NCBI GenBank assembly: GCA_046596055.1
Contig: JBKJNH010000098.1
Coordinates: 1-42,399 of the forward strand
Reading direction: 5' to 3'
DNA from: Candidatus Eiseniibacteriota bacterium
GTDB taxonomy: Bacteria > Eisenbacteria > RBG-16-71-46 > DASYSL01
Length of the DNA: 42,399 nucleotides
A model generated the notes under the pieces. The model made no database searches and was not told the origin of the DNA. It saw only the letters and a program-made list of their open reading frames with translations. Positions 8,278 to 19,757 of the stretch are shown piece by piece. Both the position numbers and the translations under genes were made by a program. The stretch's first letter is position 1; every line of letters begins with the position of its first letter.

Positions 8278-9014
8278 GCGGCGCGCTCGCGGGTCGCGTC
8301 GCCCTGGTCACCGGAGCATCGTCGGGAATCGGCGAGGCGACGGCGCTGGCGTTGGCCACGGCCGGCGCGCGCGTCGTGGTCGTGGCACGCCGGGCCGATC
8401 GGTTGGCTACGCTCCTGCCGAAGCTCGGCGCGGATGCGATCGCGTTCGACAGCGACCTCACCGTCGCGGACGAGGCGCGCCGCATCGTCGGCGAGGCCCA
8501 CGCGCGCGCCGGCCGACTCGATATCCTGGTCAACAACGCGGGCGTGATGCTCAATGCGACGCTCGCGGCCGCCACGGCCGAGGACTGGCGGCGCATGCTC
8601 GAACTGAACGTGCTCGCGCTGATGAACGCGACGCACGCCGCCTGGCCGCTGATGAAGGCGCAGGGCGCGGGGCACGTCGTCAACGTGTCGTCGGTCGCGG
8701 CCACGATCCGCAACCCGGGCGCGTCGGCCTACGCCGCGAGCAAGGCCGCCGTGAACGCGTTCTCCGAATCCATTCGCAAGGAAGGCGCGTCCATCGGCAT
8801 TCGCGTCACGGTCGTGTCGCCGGGCTTTGTGATCAGCGAGCTGGTCGACCACGTGCCCGATCCCGCGATGCAGAAGCGCTCCCGCGATTTCATGGCCGCG
8901 ATCCGCCCTCTCGACTCGGCCGACGTGGCGGACGTGATCGCTTTCGCCGCGACGCGTCCTGCGCACGTGGTGCTCAACGAGATCGTGATCCGCCCGGCGC
9001 AGCAGGAACCGTAG
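8274..9014 (+). CDS. Short-chain dehydrogenase/reductase (SDR) family oxidoreductase
   Basis: The GTG start overlaps the upstream stop (GTGA). Motifs are TGASSGIG (cofactor-binding TGxxxGxG), NNAG and the catalytic YAASKAAV (YxxxK). The 8010 start in the track is an upstream extension in the same frame. Confidence 0.9.
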   Translation: MSGALAGRVALVTGASSGIGEATALALATAGARVVVVARRADRLATLLPKLGADAIAFDSDLTVADEARRIVGEAHARAGRLDILVNNAGVMLNATLAAATAEDWRRMLELNVLALMNATHAAWPLMKAQGAGHVVNVSSVAATIRNPGASAYAASKAAVNAFSESIRKEGASIGIRVTVVSPGFVISELVDHVPDPAMQKRSRDFMAAIRPLDSADVADVIAFAATRPAHVVLNEIVIRPAQQEP

Positions 9015-9145
9015 GGTTTCGCCACCGACGGCTCAGCGGAAGCAGGGGTTCCGGAGGCCCGACACGGTTGGTGCGCCCGATCCCCCATTAAGGTAGAATT
9101 GTTCGGCTGCTCGACTCCCCCCTGACCTCGAGCCGAGGCCGACCC

Positions 9146-11509
9146 ATGCGGGGCCTCCGAGGAGATGCTCCCGTGGCACCGACCCGCCCGGCACCGGCGA
9201 TCCGGAACCCGCAGTTCCGACCCCGCGTCATTGTCAAGTTCGTCGACGAGATCGACCTTCCCGGGGAGCCCGATCGATCCTCGGACGGACTCCATCGCAT
9301 TCCGGGCGGGAGCGAATGGCTCCGCGTGTTTCCGGGCCTGGCCGGCCGCCCCCTCTTTTCGCGAAGCGAAGAGTGGTGGGCGCGGCTCCTCGCGCAGGCG
9401 CGGCAGTCGGATCCATCGTACCGACCACCCAACTTCGGCAACTTCATCGCCCTGACCGTGCCGCGCGGGGTCGCCGGCCAGGCCGTCCTCGACATCATCC
9501 GCCAGGGCGCCGAGTCTGCCGGGGTCGAGCGCGTCTCGCTCGAGCCGGGGCCGCTACCCCCGCCGACGGTCGACGCGCTCGATGACCCGCAGTCCACGGA
9601 GCAAGGGTACCTGGACAGCGCCGATGCAGGCGGGATCGATGCGCGATTCGCATGGGGCCACCCCGGGGGTGCGGGCGAGGGGCAGTCACTCGCCGACTTC
9701 GAGTGGGGCTGGAACCTCGATCACGAGGACCTCGTGGACCATCGGGCGGACATCCTCACCGGCGAGAACTATTCCGCCGTCGCCCATGGAACGGGCGTGC
9801 TGGGGGTGATCGCGGCGAGCGACAACAAGGTTGGCTGCGTGGGGATCGCGTCGAAGATCGCCTCCGTCCGCTGCGCCAGCCCCTGGACCGAGGACGCGAG
9901 CGGTGTGTGGACGTTCGACCGGTACGTCGCCCTGCTCGACTGCGTGGACCAGATGGAGTTCGGGCACGTGCTTCTCATCGAGGACCAGATCGAAGCCACC
10001 GGGTACCCCGAGGGCGTTCCGATCGAGAACGACGCGACGCTCTACGAGCTCCTGCGGCTCGCCACCGCGCTCGGCATCGTCGTGATCGAGGCGGCCGGGA
10101 ACGGAAATGCCGACCTCGACACGCTGGTCGACGCGGATGGGAGGATGGTCCTCAACCCCGATAGCCCGGACTTTCGCGACTCGGGCGCCATTCTCGTCGG
10201 GGCGGCGTCCTCGACTCCCCCGCATCCGCGACACGAGGATTCGGGTCACGGCAAGCGCATCGACTGCTTCGCCTGGGGCGACGACGTGTTCACCCTCAGT
10301 TCCAACGAGGACCGGGTCAAGCGGGACATGTACGACACGGCGATCAGCCGCACGTCCGGCGCTTCGGCGATCATCGCCGGGGCCGCACTGGTCGTGCAGG
10401 GTCTCGCCGCGAGCAAGTTCGGGACGGGTTTCAACGGGTGGGTGCTGCGCGATATTCTCGCGAACTGCGATCTCGGGACCGGGTCGAGCTCGGGGTGCGA
10501 CGTGATCGGCGTGATGCCGGACCTGAAGCGGATCATCGAGAGCGATGTCATTGGTCTTGCGCCCGACGTCTTCGTGCGGGACTTCGTCGGCGACTCGGGG
10601 GACCTGAACGAAGAGGCTCATGCGACGTGCCCGGACGTCTTCGTGCTCACGGCCCCGGCGGTCGATCCGAACCTGGAGTACGGCGAAGGCAGCGGCCGGG
10701 AGGATGAAGCTCCTCCGGCCGACGTCGTGTCCGGCGTGGACCAGTTCGTCCACGTGCGCCTGCGCAACCGCGGTGCCGTGGATGTCGCGAACGTCGATGC
10801 GACGGTCTACTGGTCTCCGCCGTCCTCGCTGCTCGACCCCACGGACTGGACGCTGGTCGGAACGATCACCATTCCGCTCGTTCCCGCGGACGGGTCGCTG
10901 ACCGTCTCGGACGCGATCACGTGGCCGGCGGCCGCCGTTCCGGCGTCGGGGCATTACTGCTTCGTCGTGCTCGTGGGACACCCCGCGGACCCGGCGCCGC
11001 AGCCGGCGCAGTTCGTCGAGTGGTCGCGTTTCGAACGGTATGTGCGGGTGAACAACAACGTGGGATGGCGAAACTTCCACGTGGTCGAGTACGGTGCGTT
11101 CACCGATGCCGTCGCCCCGCTCTACATGGCGTTGCCGTTTCGGATCGTGGGGGCCTGGGACGACCACCGGGCGATGGGATTCGAGATCGGGGGTCAGCTG
11201 CCGCGGAGTGCGTCGCTCCGGCTCGAGCTTCCCGCCGAAGCATTCGACCTGCTCCGCCTGCCGCGTCGACGCGGAGTGGAGGTCGCGAACGACGCGAATC
11301 GACTCCAGTACCCGATCCCGCCGCGATTCGAGATTCGCGAGATTCCGCTTCCTCGTGGAACCCGCATCCACGCCCGCTTGCTCGTGCACGTGCCCGATCG
11401 CTGGCGAGTGTTCCACTACGACGTCTTCGCCCGCCAGACACACCACGGCGAGGAGGTCGGCCGCATCACCTGGCGACTCTCCCCGCCGCGGTCACGCCGC
11501 CCGGGCTGA
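9146..11509 (+). CDS. S8-family (subtilisin-like) serine peptidase without a detectable signal peptide; I9-like N-terminal pro-region and a ~300-aa C-terminal domain of unknown function
   Basis: The catalytic motifs are Asp in LADFEWGWNLDHEDL, His in HGTGVLGVIAA, Asn in EAAGNGN and Ser in SRTSGASAIIAGAA. The N-terminus MRGLRGDAPVAPTRPAPAIRNPQFRPRVIVKFVD has no hydrophobic core. GAGG lies 7 nt before the ATG. Confidence 0.8.
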   Translation: MRGLRGDAPVAPTRPAPAIRNPQFRPRVIVKFVDEIDLPGEPDRSSDGLHRIPGGSEWLRVFPGLAGRPLFSRSEEWWARLLAQARQSDPSYRPPNFGNFIALTVPRGVAGQAVLDIIRQGAESAGVERVSLEPGPLPPPTVDALDDPQSTEQGYLDSADAGGIDARFAWGHPGGAGEGQSLADFEWGWNLDHEDLVDHRADILTGENYSAVAHGTGVLGVIAASDNKVGCVGIASKIASVRCASPWTEDASGVWTFDRYVALLDCVDQMEFGHVLLIEDQIEATGYPEGVPIENDATLYELLRLATALGIVVIEAAGNGNADLDTLVDADGRMVLNPDSPDFRDSGAILVGAASSTPPHPRHEDSGHGKRIDCFAWGDDVFTLSSNEDRVKRDMYDTAISRTSGASAIIAGAALVVQGLAASKFGTGFNGWVLRDILANCDLGTGSSSGCDVIGVMPDLKRIIESDVIGLAPDVFVRDFVGDSGDLNEEAHATCPDVFVLTAPAVDPNLEYGEGSGREDEAPPADVVSGVDQFVHVRLRNRGAVDVANVDATVYWSPPSSLLDPTDWTLVGTITIPLVPADGSLTVSDAITWPAAAVPASGHYCFVVLVGHPADPAPQPAQFVEWSRFERYVRVNNNVGWRNFHVVEYGAFTDAVAPLYMALPFRIVGAWDDHRAMGFEIGGQLPRSASLRLELPAEAFDLLRLPRRRGVEVANDANRLQYPIPPRFEIREIPLPRGTRIHARLLVHVPDRWRVFHYDVFARQTHHGEEVGRITWRLSPPRSRRPG

Positions 11510-11532
11510 ACGAGCGAGCCCGGGCTCCGGCG

Positions 11533-12024
11533 TCAGCCTTCTCCGACGATGGCCGGGGAGTTCGGAGGGGCCAGGAGTCCGGTCGCCGGATCGGTGCCGA
11601 CCCGGTAGGAGTACTCCTTCGAAGTGCCCGCGGGCAGTTGCTCAATGAGCGTGAACGCGTTCGACGTCTCGTTCAGCGTCGAGTACGCGGGCACCTTGAT
11701 GATCGAGTACTTGATCCCCGAGGCTTCGCGCTCCTCGTCTGCGGCCTCCTCGAACGGCCAGGTCGCCGCCTCGAACCAGATCTCGTATCCGGCGTCCTGA
11801 CCCTTCCACGACACCCGCTGCTTGCCGTCCGCTTTCATCTTCTGCTTGAGGACATCCGGGTAGAGACGATTCACACAGATCGTCACGTCCTTCCTGGACT
11901 TCGCCGGCGCCGTGACCGTCTCGTCAGGGGTGGGCGAGGCAGGAATCTCCTCCGGCTGCGGTCGGCAGCCGCTCGCAAGGACAAGGAAGATCAGCAGGAC
12001 GGTCAGGGTCGGGATTCGAGACAT
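11533..12024 (-). CDS. Lipoprotein, unknown function (163 aa)
   Basis: I start it at ATG 12024, preceded by GGAGG. MSRIPTLTVLLIFLVLASGC carries an L-A-S-G-C lipobox. The longer 419-aa ORF in the track is an upstream extension. GC is somewhat lower than in neighbouring genes (~61% by spot counts). Confidence 0.65.
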   Translation of the reverse strand: MSRIPTLTVLLIFLVLASGCRPQPEEIPASPTPDETVTAPAKSRKDVTICVNRLYPDVLKQKMKADGKQRVSWKGQDAGYEIWFEAATWPFEEAADEEREASGIKYSIIKVPAYSTLNETSNAFTLIEQLPAGTSKEYSYRVGTDPATGLLAPPNSPAIVGEG

Positions 12025-12122
12025 GGTCGACCTCCGGAATGATCGTTCAGGCGGCTCACCATCTTGGGTGGACCGGGGGGAACCTCCGCGGGAGCCGAGG
12101 CAAGGATGCTCATCGTGAGAAC

Positions 12123-14291
12123 TCAGGCCGAGTTGCCCGACGTGCGAATTTGATTCGCCTCGAGTACCTGCGCCCACTCCGGTCGGCTGCGCAGTCGTTC
12201 GAGGGCGGGGTCGGAGTCCAGGGCGCGCATTCCCGACCCGTTGCGGACCCGCTCGGCGTAGATCCGGATGGCCGCTTCGTCCTCGCCGAGGAGCTGGTAG
12301 GTGACGGCGAGAACCGGGAGGGTGTGCTGGCGCCCCGGTGCGAGGGCGATGGCGCGATCCCGCGCCGCGACTGCTTCCTCGCGGCGATCCTGCATCGCGA
12401 GCCAGCACGCGAGCCAGGACCAGCTCGTGGCATCGTCGGAGTGGCGGTCGAGATGCTCCCGGGCGAGCACGATCGCACGATCGAGGGCGTCGCGGGAACG
12501 TTCCCGTTGCCCCTCGATCCAGCGACATGCGCTGCCCAGGTTGCCCCAGCCCCGCGGGTCGGACGGATTGAGGGCGATCGCACGCTCGTAGTGGTCGATG
12601 CACTCGCCATGGCGGCCGAGATAGTAAAGCGTCGTCGCCGCGTTGAAGAACCCGATGGCGGTCGGCTGGAGTGCGATCGATCGCTCGAACGCCAGCAGCG
12701 AGTCCTCGAAATTCTCGAGCTCGAACAGCACGCTGCCATAACTCGACCACCCCCGGGCGTGATCCGGTGCGATCTCGACGACTCTCTGCCATGGCTCGAT
12801 CGCCCTCGCGAACGCGCCGCGATTGATCAGGATTCCGCCGAGGCGGCTGTGCCCCCGCCAGTCCTCGGGGTTCGCCTCGATGGCCCGCCGCGCCGAGGCC
12901 TCGGCCTCGCTCGTGTCACCGCGCCGCTCGTGCGACCATGAAGAGCCGACATGGGCCTCGATCGTTCCCGGCGCCGAGTCGATCACTCGCGCATAGCGCT
13001 GGAGCGCCTCGAGGTGTCGCCCCTGGATGCGGTCCAGGTCGGCAACCGCCAGCAGGGTCGCCGGATGATCGGGAGCGACGTCGCGAGCGCGCTGTGCATG
13101 CTCGGCCGCGCGGTCCTCCCATGCCGAGTCGCGCGCCAGCTGACCCTTGAACAGCGAGGCGCGGGCGAGCGCGCCCAGGATCCGCGGATCGTTCGGCGAG
13201 AGGCTGCGCAGGGATTCGAGGGCCCGAATTGCCGCGTCCATCGACGCTTCCTGGTCGGGCCGGCGGAGGAACGCATGCGCCTGCAGCAGCCTCGCCTCGA
13301 TGAGCGTACGCGTCGCGGACGCGGTCTCCAGCGGGATCTCTCCGGTCTCCGGATCGGCGGGGTGCGCGCGAGGGGTGGCGATGTGTCGGCGCGACTCGGG
13401 AGGCGGTGCGGCGGAATGCGAACCGGAGGATGCGCCGGAGAGGGCCGCGCGGAGGCGACGTGCGAGATCGGACGCGCCGGGGAACCGATCCTCCGGCTTC
13501 GCAGCGATCGCTTGCAATAGCAGAAGGGCGATTCGTTCGGGAATGGCGCCGTTGAGTTCGCGCGGGTCGCGCAATCGTCCCTCGAGCACCGCGCCGACGT
13601 ACGCGCCGGGAGTCCGGCCCTCGAATGGAAGTTCCCCCGTCAGGAGCTGGTACAGCACCGCACCGAGCGCATAGAGATCCGCGCGGAGGTCGGGGACCTC
13701 GCCGCGCAGGATCTCCGGCGCCATGTACGGATACGTGCCGTGCACGTGGCTGCGCGTCGTGTCGACGCCCGGCGCGAGCGAGCGCGCGAGGCCGAAGTCG
13801 ACGATCTTGAGGTGCCCGTCGCGATCGAGCATGAGATTGCCCGGGCTCACGTCGCCGTGCACGAGTTCGCGCGCGTGCGCGTGGGCCAGCGCATCCGCCG
13901 CCGCCGCGATCCAGGCCACGGCATCGGCGAGCGGAACCGGCGCTTCGCGCACCATCTCGCGCAGCGACGGGCCGTCGATGTAGGCCATGGCGATGAACGG
14001 ACCGCACGGCGAGTCGCCGACGTCGTAGACGGTGGCGATGCCCGGATGCTCGAGCATGCTGCCGGCCCTCGCCTCGCGCAGGAACTCGCGCCGCACGCTC
14101 TCGTCCGCGATCAGGTTCGGGTGCGGGAGCTTGATCGCGACGCGGCGGCCGAGAACCTCGTCCTCGGCGAGCCACACGTCTCCCGTGCCGCCCGACCCGA
14201 CCCAGTGCACGAGGCGGAAGCGACCGACGAGAGTCCCTGCAGCGGGATGGTCCGCGGGCATCGGCGTGAGAGTGAGGTCCGGTTGCGCCAT
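12123..14291 (-). CDS. Ser/Thr protein kinase (Hanks type) with a C-terminal TPR-repeat domain
   Basis: Kinase motifs are GSGGTGDVWLAED, VAIKL, the catalytic loop HGDVSPGNLML, DFGLARS and YMAPE. The C-terminal ~350 aa consist of repeated TPR-like A..Y.RA..L.P helices. Confidence 0.9.
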   Translation of the reverse strand: MAQPDLTLTPMPADHPAAGTLVGRFRLVHWVGSGGTGDVWLAEDEVLGRRVAIKLPHPNLIADESVRREFLREARAGSMLEHPGIATVYDVGDSPCGPFIAMAYIDGPSLREMVREAPVPLADAVAWIAAAADALAHAHARELVHGDVSPGNLMLDRDGHLKIVDFGLARSLAPGVDTTRSHVHGTYPYMAPEILRGEVPDLRADLYALGAVLYQLLTGELPFEGRTPGAYVGAVLEGRLRDPRELNGAIPERIALLLLQAIAAKPEDRFPGASDLARRLRAALSGASSGSHSAAPPPESRRHIATPRAHPADPETGEIPLETASATRTLIEARLLQAHAFLRRPDQEASMDAAIRALESLRSLSPNDPRILGALARASLFKGQLARDSAWEDRAAEHAQRARDVAPDHPATLLAVADLDRIQGRHLEALQRYARVIDSAPGTIEAHVGSSWSHERRGDTSEAEASARRAIEANPEDWRGHSRLGGILINRGAFARAIEPWQRVVEIAPDHARGWSSYGSVLFELENFEDSLLAFERSIALQPTAIGFFNAATTLYYLGRHGECIDHYERAIALNPSDPRGWGNLGSACRWIEGQRERSRDALDRAIVLAREHLDRHSDDATSWSWLACWLAMQDRREEAVAARDRAIALAPGRQHTLPVLAVTYQLLGEDEAAIRIYAERVRNGSGMRALDSDPALERLRSRPEWAQVLEANQIRTSGNSA

Positions 14292-14408
14292 GGGAACGTC
14301 GTGCCCCCCGGGGGAGCATCAGGCAGGAACAGCAAGTCGGGGGGATGGATGCAGCGTCAGGCGCAGGAAGTTTGCGCCCGGGGCAGTGCGGGCGTCAATC
14401 GGCTTGTT

Positions 14409-16185
<1,777 letters not shown>

Positions 16186-16272
16186 GCTGGACTCCCCGGC
16201 CGCCGGGGCCTAGAGTCGCGGGCGCTAGCCCTCGAACTCTCCCCACTGTCCGCTGTTCGCCGGAGAACCACC

Positions 16273-16842
16273 ATGAGACCTCACGCTTTCTTGTTCACCA
16301 TTCTGTTTGCCGCCCTGCTGGACCCTCTGTTCGGCACGAGTGCCGATGCGGGCCCGCGTCCGACCTCGCACGGCGGGAGCCCGTCGCGCCTCCTCGGCGG
16401 CAACGTCGTTCCCGCGGCATGGGCCGGGATTTGGAGCACCGTCGATTCCACCTACGATTGCCAGGACATCCTGCAGAGCACCGACTCGAGTCTCGACACG
16501 CTGTGCACGGGCCAGGCGAGCGATCCGGGCACGGGCGAGTGCATCGGGACCATCACGGACAACTCGATCGACATCACGTGCAACTACAGCGAGCTCATCG
16601 ACACGGACTGCACGCTCACGATCTCGATCGAGGTCCACGGCACGAGGACATCCAACTCGTACCTCCTGACCATCACCTCGATGTCGAGCACCGCGGGAAC
16701 GTCCAAGGGATGCGACCTATTCCCGAGCTCGTGCTCGCGCACGGTGTCGCGGGGCACGCGCATCGCTTCCGAACCGCTCGCCTACTGCTCGACGCCGGTC
16801 GACCCGACCACCTGGGGACGCGTGAAGTCGCGTTACCGCTAG
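16273..16842 (+). CDS. Secreted cysteine-rich protein, unknown function (189 aa), ending in TWGRVKSRYR
   Basis: GGAGA lies 6 nt before ATG 16273. The signal peptide is MRPHAFLFTILFAALLDPLFGTSADA. The mature part has 9 Cys. The 620-aa ORF in the track is an upstream extension running antisense to rluE and the OYE gene. Confidence 0.6.
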   Translation: MRPHAFLFTILFAALLDPLFGTSADAGPRPTSHGGSPSRLLGGNVVPAAWAGIWSTVDSTYDCQDILQSTDSSLDTLCTGQASDPGTGECIGTITDNSIDITCNYSELIDTDCTLTISIEVHGTRTSNSYLLTITSMSSTAGTSKGCDLFPSSCSRTVSRGTRIASEPLAYCSTPVDPTTWGRVKSRYR

Positions 16843-16847
16843 CTCAA

Positions 16848-18017
16848 GTGCAGTCTAGCACGACGTTCACTACACTCGAGGTGAGCCCCGACCTGATCGT
16901 GGCGCTGGGCAAGCAGGAGATCACGGTGCCCACCGCGATCCAGGTCGCGGCGTTGCCGGTGCTCCGCGCCGGCGGCGACGCCTACCTGCACGCCGAGACC
17001 GGCACCGGAAAGACCCTCGCCTACCTGCTGCCCCTGTTCGACCGCATCGATCCGGCGCTCGCCGCGACGCAGGCGGCGATCATCGCGCCCACCCACGAGC
17101 TGGCGATCCAGATCCAGCGGCAATGCACCGATCTGGCCCAGAACTCGGGCCGGCCGCTGCGCATCCTGCTGCTCATCGGCGGGACGGCGATGGATCGCCA
17201 GGTCGAGAAGCTGAAGAAGAAGCCGCACCTCGTGGTCGGCTCACCCGGCCGCATCCGCGAACTGATCGCCAAGGGCAAGCTGAAGGCGCAGCACCTGCGC
17301 GCGATCGTCGTCGACGAGGCCGATCGACTGGTGCACGAGGAGAGCCTGCCCGCCATCCGGGCCATCCTCCAGGCGGCGCCGCGGGATCGCCAGCTCATCT
17401 TCGCCTCGGCCACCCACGACCAGAAGAGCCGCGACACGATCGCCACGTTCGCGCCGAACCTCGTCCTGCTCGAGGCCGGCGTGGCAGCGGTGAACGAGAA
17501 CATCGAACATCTCTTCGTCGTCTGCGAGGAGCGCGACAAGCCCGACCTGCTGCGCAAGCTGCTCCACGCGCTCGCGCCCGAGCGGGCGATGGTCTTCGCC
17601 GATCGCGCGGATACGGCCGAGCTGGTCGCGGCGAAGCTGGCGCATCACCGCATCGCGGCGGCCGACCTGAGCGCGGCCCTCGACAAGATGACGCGAAAGC
17701 GCGCGATGGACGACTTCAAGAGCGGCGCGGTACGCGTGCTGCTCGCCTCGGACGTGGGCGCGCGCGGGCTCGACATCAAGGGCATCACGCACGTCTTCAA
17801 CCTCGACGTGCCGGCCCAGAGCAAGGCCTACCTGCACCGCGTGGGGCGGACCGCCCGCGCCGGGGCTGCCGGGGTGGCGATCACGCTCGTGACCCCGGGC
17901 GAGCGGCGTCTGGTGCGCCGCTATCGTAACCAGCTCGGCGTCACGCTGCAGCGCGTCGAGGTGCGCGAGGGGCGCGTCTCCGCGATCGACGACTCGGACT
18001 GGTCGGACGAAGACTAG
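16848..18017 (+). CDS. DEAD-box ATP-dependent RNA helicase
   Basis: It has a Q-motif region (F..L.V.P.L..AL....I..PT.IQ), motif I AETGTGKT, motif II VVDEAD and motif III SAT, plus ARGLDI and HRVGRTARAG. The start is assigned to GTG 16848, 6 nt after the previous stop, and is uncertain by a few codons. Confidence 0.85.
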   Translation: MQSSTTFTTLEVSPDLIVALGKQEITVPTAIQVAALPVLRAGGDAYLHAETGTGKTLAYLLPLFDRIDPALAATQAAIIAPTHELAIQIQRQCTDLAQNSGRPLRILLLIGGTAMDRQVEKLKKKPHLVVGSPGRIRELIAKGKLKAQHLRAIVVDEADRLVHEESLPAIRAILQAAPRDRQLIFASATHDQKSRDTIATFAPNLVLLEAGVAAVNENIEHLFVVCEERDKPDLLRKLLHALAPERAMVFADRADTAELVAAKLAHHRIAAADLSAALDKMTRKRAMDDFKSGAVRVLLASDVGARGLDIKGITHVFNLDVPAQSKAYLHRVGRTARAGAAGVAITLVTPGERRLVRRYRNQLGVTLQRVEVREGRVSAIDDSDWSDED

Positions 18018-19621
18018 ATCTTCTCGGCGATCGACTTGGCCTGCAGGAACAGCAACAGGTAGTCGCGCCCGCCCGCCTTCGAATCCGTGCCGCTCATGTT
18101 GAAGCCGCCGAACGGGTGCGCCCCGACGATCGCGCCCGTGCACTTGCGATTGATGTACAGGTTGCCGACGAAGAACTCGCGCTTGGCGCGCTCGATCTTG
18201 GCGGGGTTCTTGGAGTACACCGCGCCGGTCAGGCCGTACTCGGTGCCGTTCGCCACGGCGAGCGCCTCGTCGAAGTCGGCGACCGGGATGACCGCGAGCA
18301 CCGGCCCGAAGATCTCCTCCTGGGCGATCGTCGCATCCGGCGCCACGTCGGCGATCACCGTCGGCTGCACGAAGTACCCCTCCGCGCCGGGGACGGCGCC
18401 GCCGCCGTTGAGCAGGCGGCCTTCCTTCTTGCCCGTCTCGACGTAGCGCAGGATGCCCTCGTAGGCGCGCTTGCTCGAGACCGGTCCCATGTAGACGCCA
18501 TAGCGGTCGGGCTCGCCCACGCTGATCTGCGTGACGCGGGCCTGCAGCTTGGCGACGAACTCGTCGTAGACCGGCCGCGCGACGATCGCGCGCGAGCACG
18601 CCGAGCACTTCTGCCCGCTGAAGCCGAACGCCGACAGCGCGACGCCCTCGACGGCGGCGTCGATGTCGGCTTCCTCGTCGACGATGATCGCGTCCTTCCC
18701 GCCCATCTCGGCGACGACGCGCTTGAGCCAGATCTGGCCGTGCTGCACCTCGGCGGCGAGCTTGTTGATGCCGATGCCCACGGTCTTCGATCCGGTGAAC
18801 GACACGAAGCGGGTCTTCGCGTGGCGCACGATCGCGTCACCCGCGGTCGCGCCGGCGCCCGTGACGAAGTTGAACACGCCCGGCGGCAGCCCGACCTCGT
18901 CCATGAGCGCGTGGAACTGCCACGCGATCGCCGGCGAATCGGACGCGGGCTTCACGACGACGGTGTTGCCGGTCACGATCGCGGCGCTCGCCATGCCGAC
19001 GCAGATCGCGAGCGGGAAGTTCCACGGCGGGATCACCGCGCCCACGCCGAGCGGCAGGTACACCTGCGTGTCGCGCTCGCCCGGCAGCTGCGTGAGCGGA
19101 ACGGGCTGCTCGTAGCGCAGCATCTCGCGGGCGTAGAACTCGAGGAAGTCGATCGCCTCGCCCGTGTCGGCGTCGGCTTCGTTCCACGACTTGCCGACCT
19201 CGAGCACCATCCACGCCGAGAATACGTGCCGGCGCTCGCGCATGCGACGTGCCGCCTCGACGAGGTACGCCGCGCGCTCGGCCGCCGGCACGCGCGACCA
19301 CATCGCGAACGCTACATGCGCGACCTCGATCGCGCGCTCGGCCTGGGCGCGGCTCGCCGAGGCGAAGCGTCCGATGAGCTCGGACGGCCGGGCGGGATTC
19401 GTCGAGTCGAACGGCTTCTCGTCACCCTCGATCCGCTCGCCGCCGATCACCAGCGGGTACGTGCGGCCGAGCTGGGCCTTTACTTCCGCGAGCGCGGCCT
19501 CGAACGCTGCGCGCTGCTCGGGCTGCGCGAAGTCGATGTACGTCGTCGGCGCGTAGAGGGGGAGCGTGTCGAGGCTGACCGGCGCGAGGCGTCCGGTGGT
19601 GCTGCCCGTGGCGGGGGTCAT
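18014..19621 (-). CDS. pruA: L-glutamate gamma-semialdehyde (1-pyrroline-5-carboxylate) dehydrogenase, aldehyde dehydrogenase superfamily
   Basis: I start it at ATG 19621, preceded by GGAGG. ALDH motifs are FTGS..VG, EMGGKDA and FGFSGQKCSACSR (catalytic Cys). The length and N-terminal extension are typical of RocA/PruA-type P5C dehydrogenases. Confidence 0.8.
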   Translation of the reverse strand: MTPATGSTTGRLAPVSLDTLPLYAPTTYIDFAQPEQRAAFEAALAEVKAQLGRTYPLVIGGERIEGDEKPFDSTNPARPSELIGRFASASRAQAERAIEVAHVAFAMWSRVPAAERAAYLVEAARRMRERRHVFSAWMVLEVGKSWNEADADTGEAIDFLEFYAREMLRYEQPVPLTQLPGERDTQVYLPLGVGAVIPPWNFPLAICVGMASAAIVTGNTVVVKPASDSPAIAWQFHALMDEVGLPPGVFNFVTGAGATAGDAIVRHAKTRFVSFTGSKTVGIGINKLAAEVQHGQIWLKRVVAEMGGKDAIIVDEEADIDAAVEGVALSAFGFSGQKCSACSRAIVARPVYDEFVAKLQARVTQISVGEPDRYGVYMGPVSSKRAYEGILRYVETGKKEGRLLNGGGAVPGAEGYFVQPTVIADVAPDATIAQEEIFGPVLAVIPVADFDEALAVANGTEYGLTGAVYSKNPAKIERAKREFFVGNLYINRKCTGAIVGAHPFGGFNMSGTDSKAGGRDYLLLFLQAKSIAEKI

Positions 19622-19757
19622 CGAATCCTCCGGAGGGGTACGCCCGCGCGGCGCATCCACGCGGGGGTCGGGCACAGTCTAGGGGGGAGCCGCCGGGGCC
19701 GCAAGCCGCGCCGCCGAACTCGACCGCGCCGCGTTCCTGCGGCATGATGTCGCCGCC

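Noticed and set aside
9060-9100. A possible promoter for the S8 gene (TTGGTG ... TAGAAT in the AT-richer patch ATTAAGGTAGAATTG)
   Set aside because: The spacer between the best -35-like and -10-like hexamers is 20 nt (or 15 nt with an alternative -10), outside the usual 16-18 nt. It is too weak to annotate.
18014-18017. A 4-nt convergent overlap (CTAG) of the DEAD-box helicase and pruA stop codons, inside an AGATCT palindrome
   Set aside because: This is a trivial consequence of TAG stops on both strands. No associated structure or repeat is seen, so it is not considered a regulatory feature.
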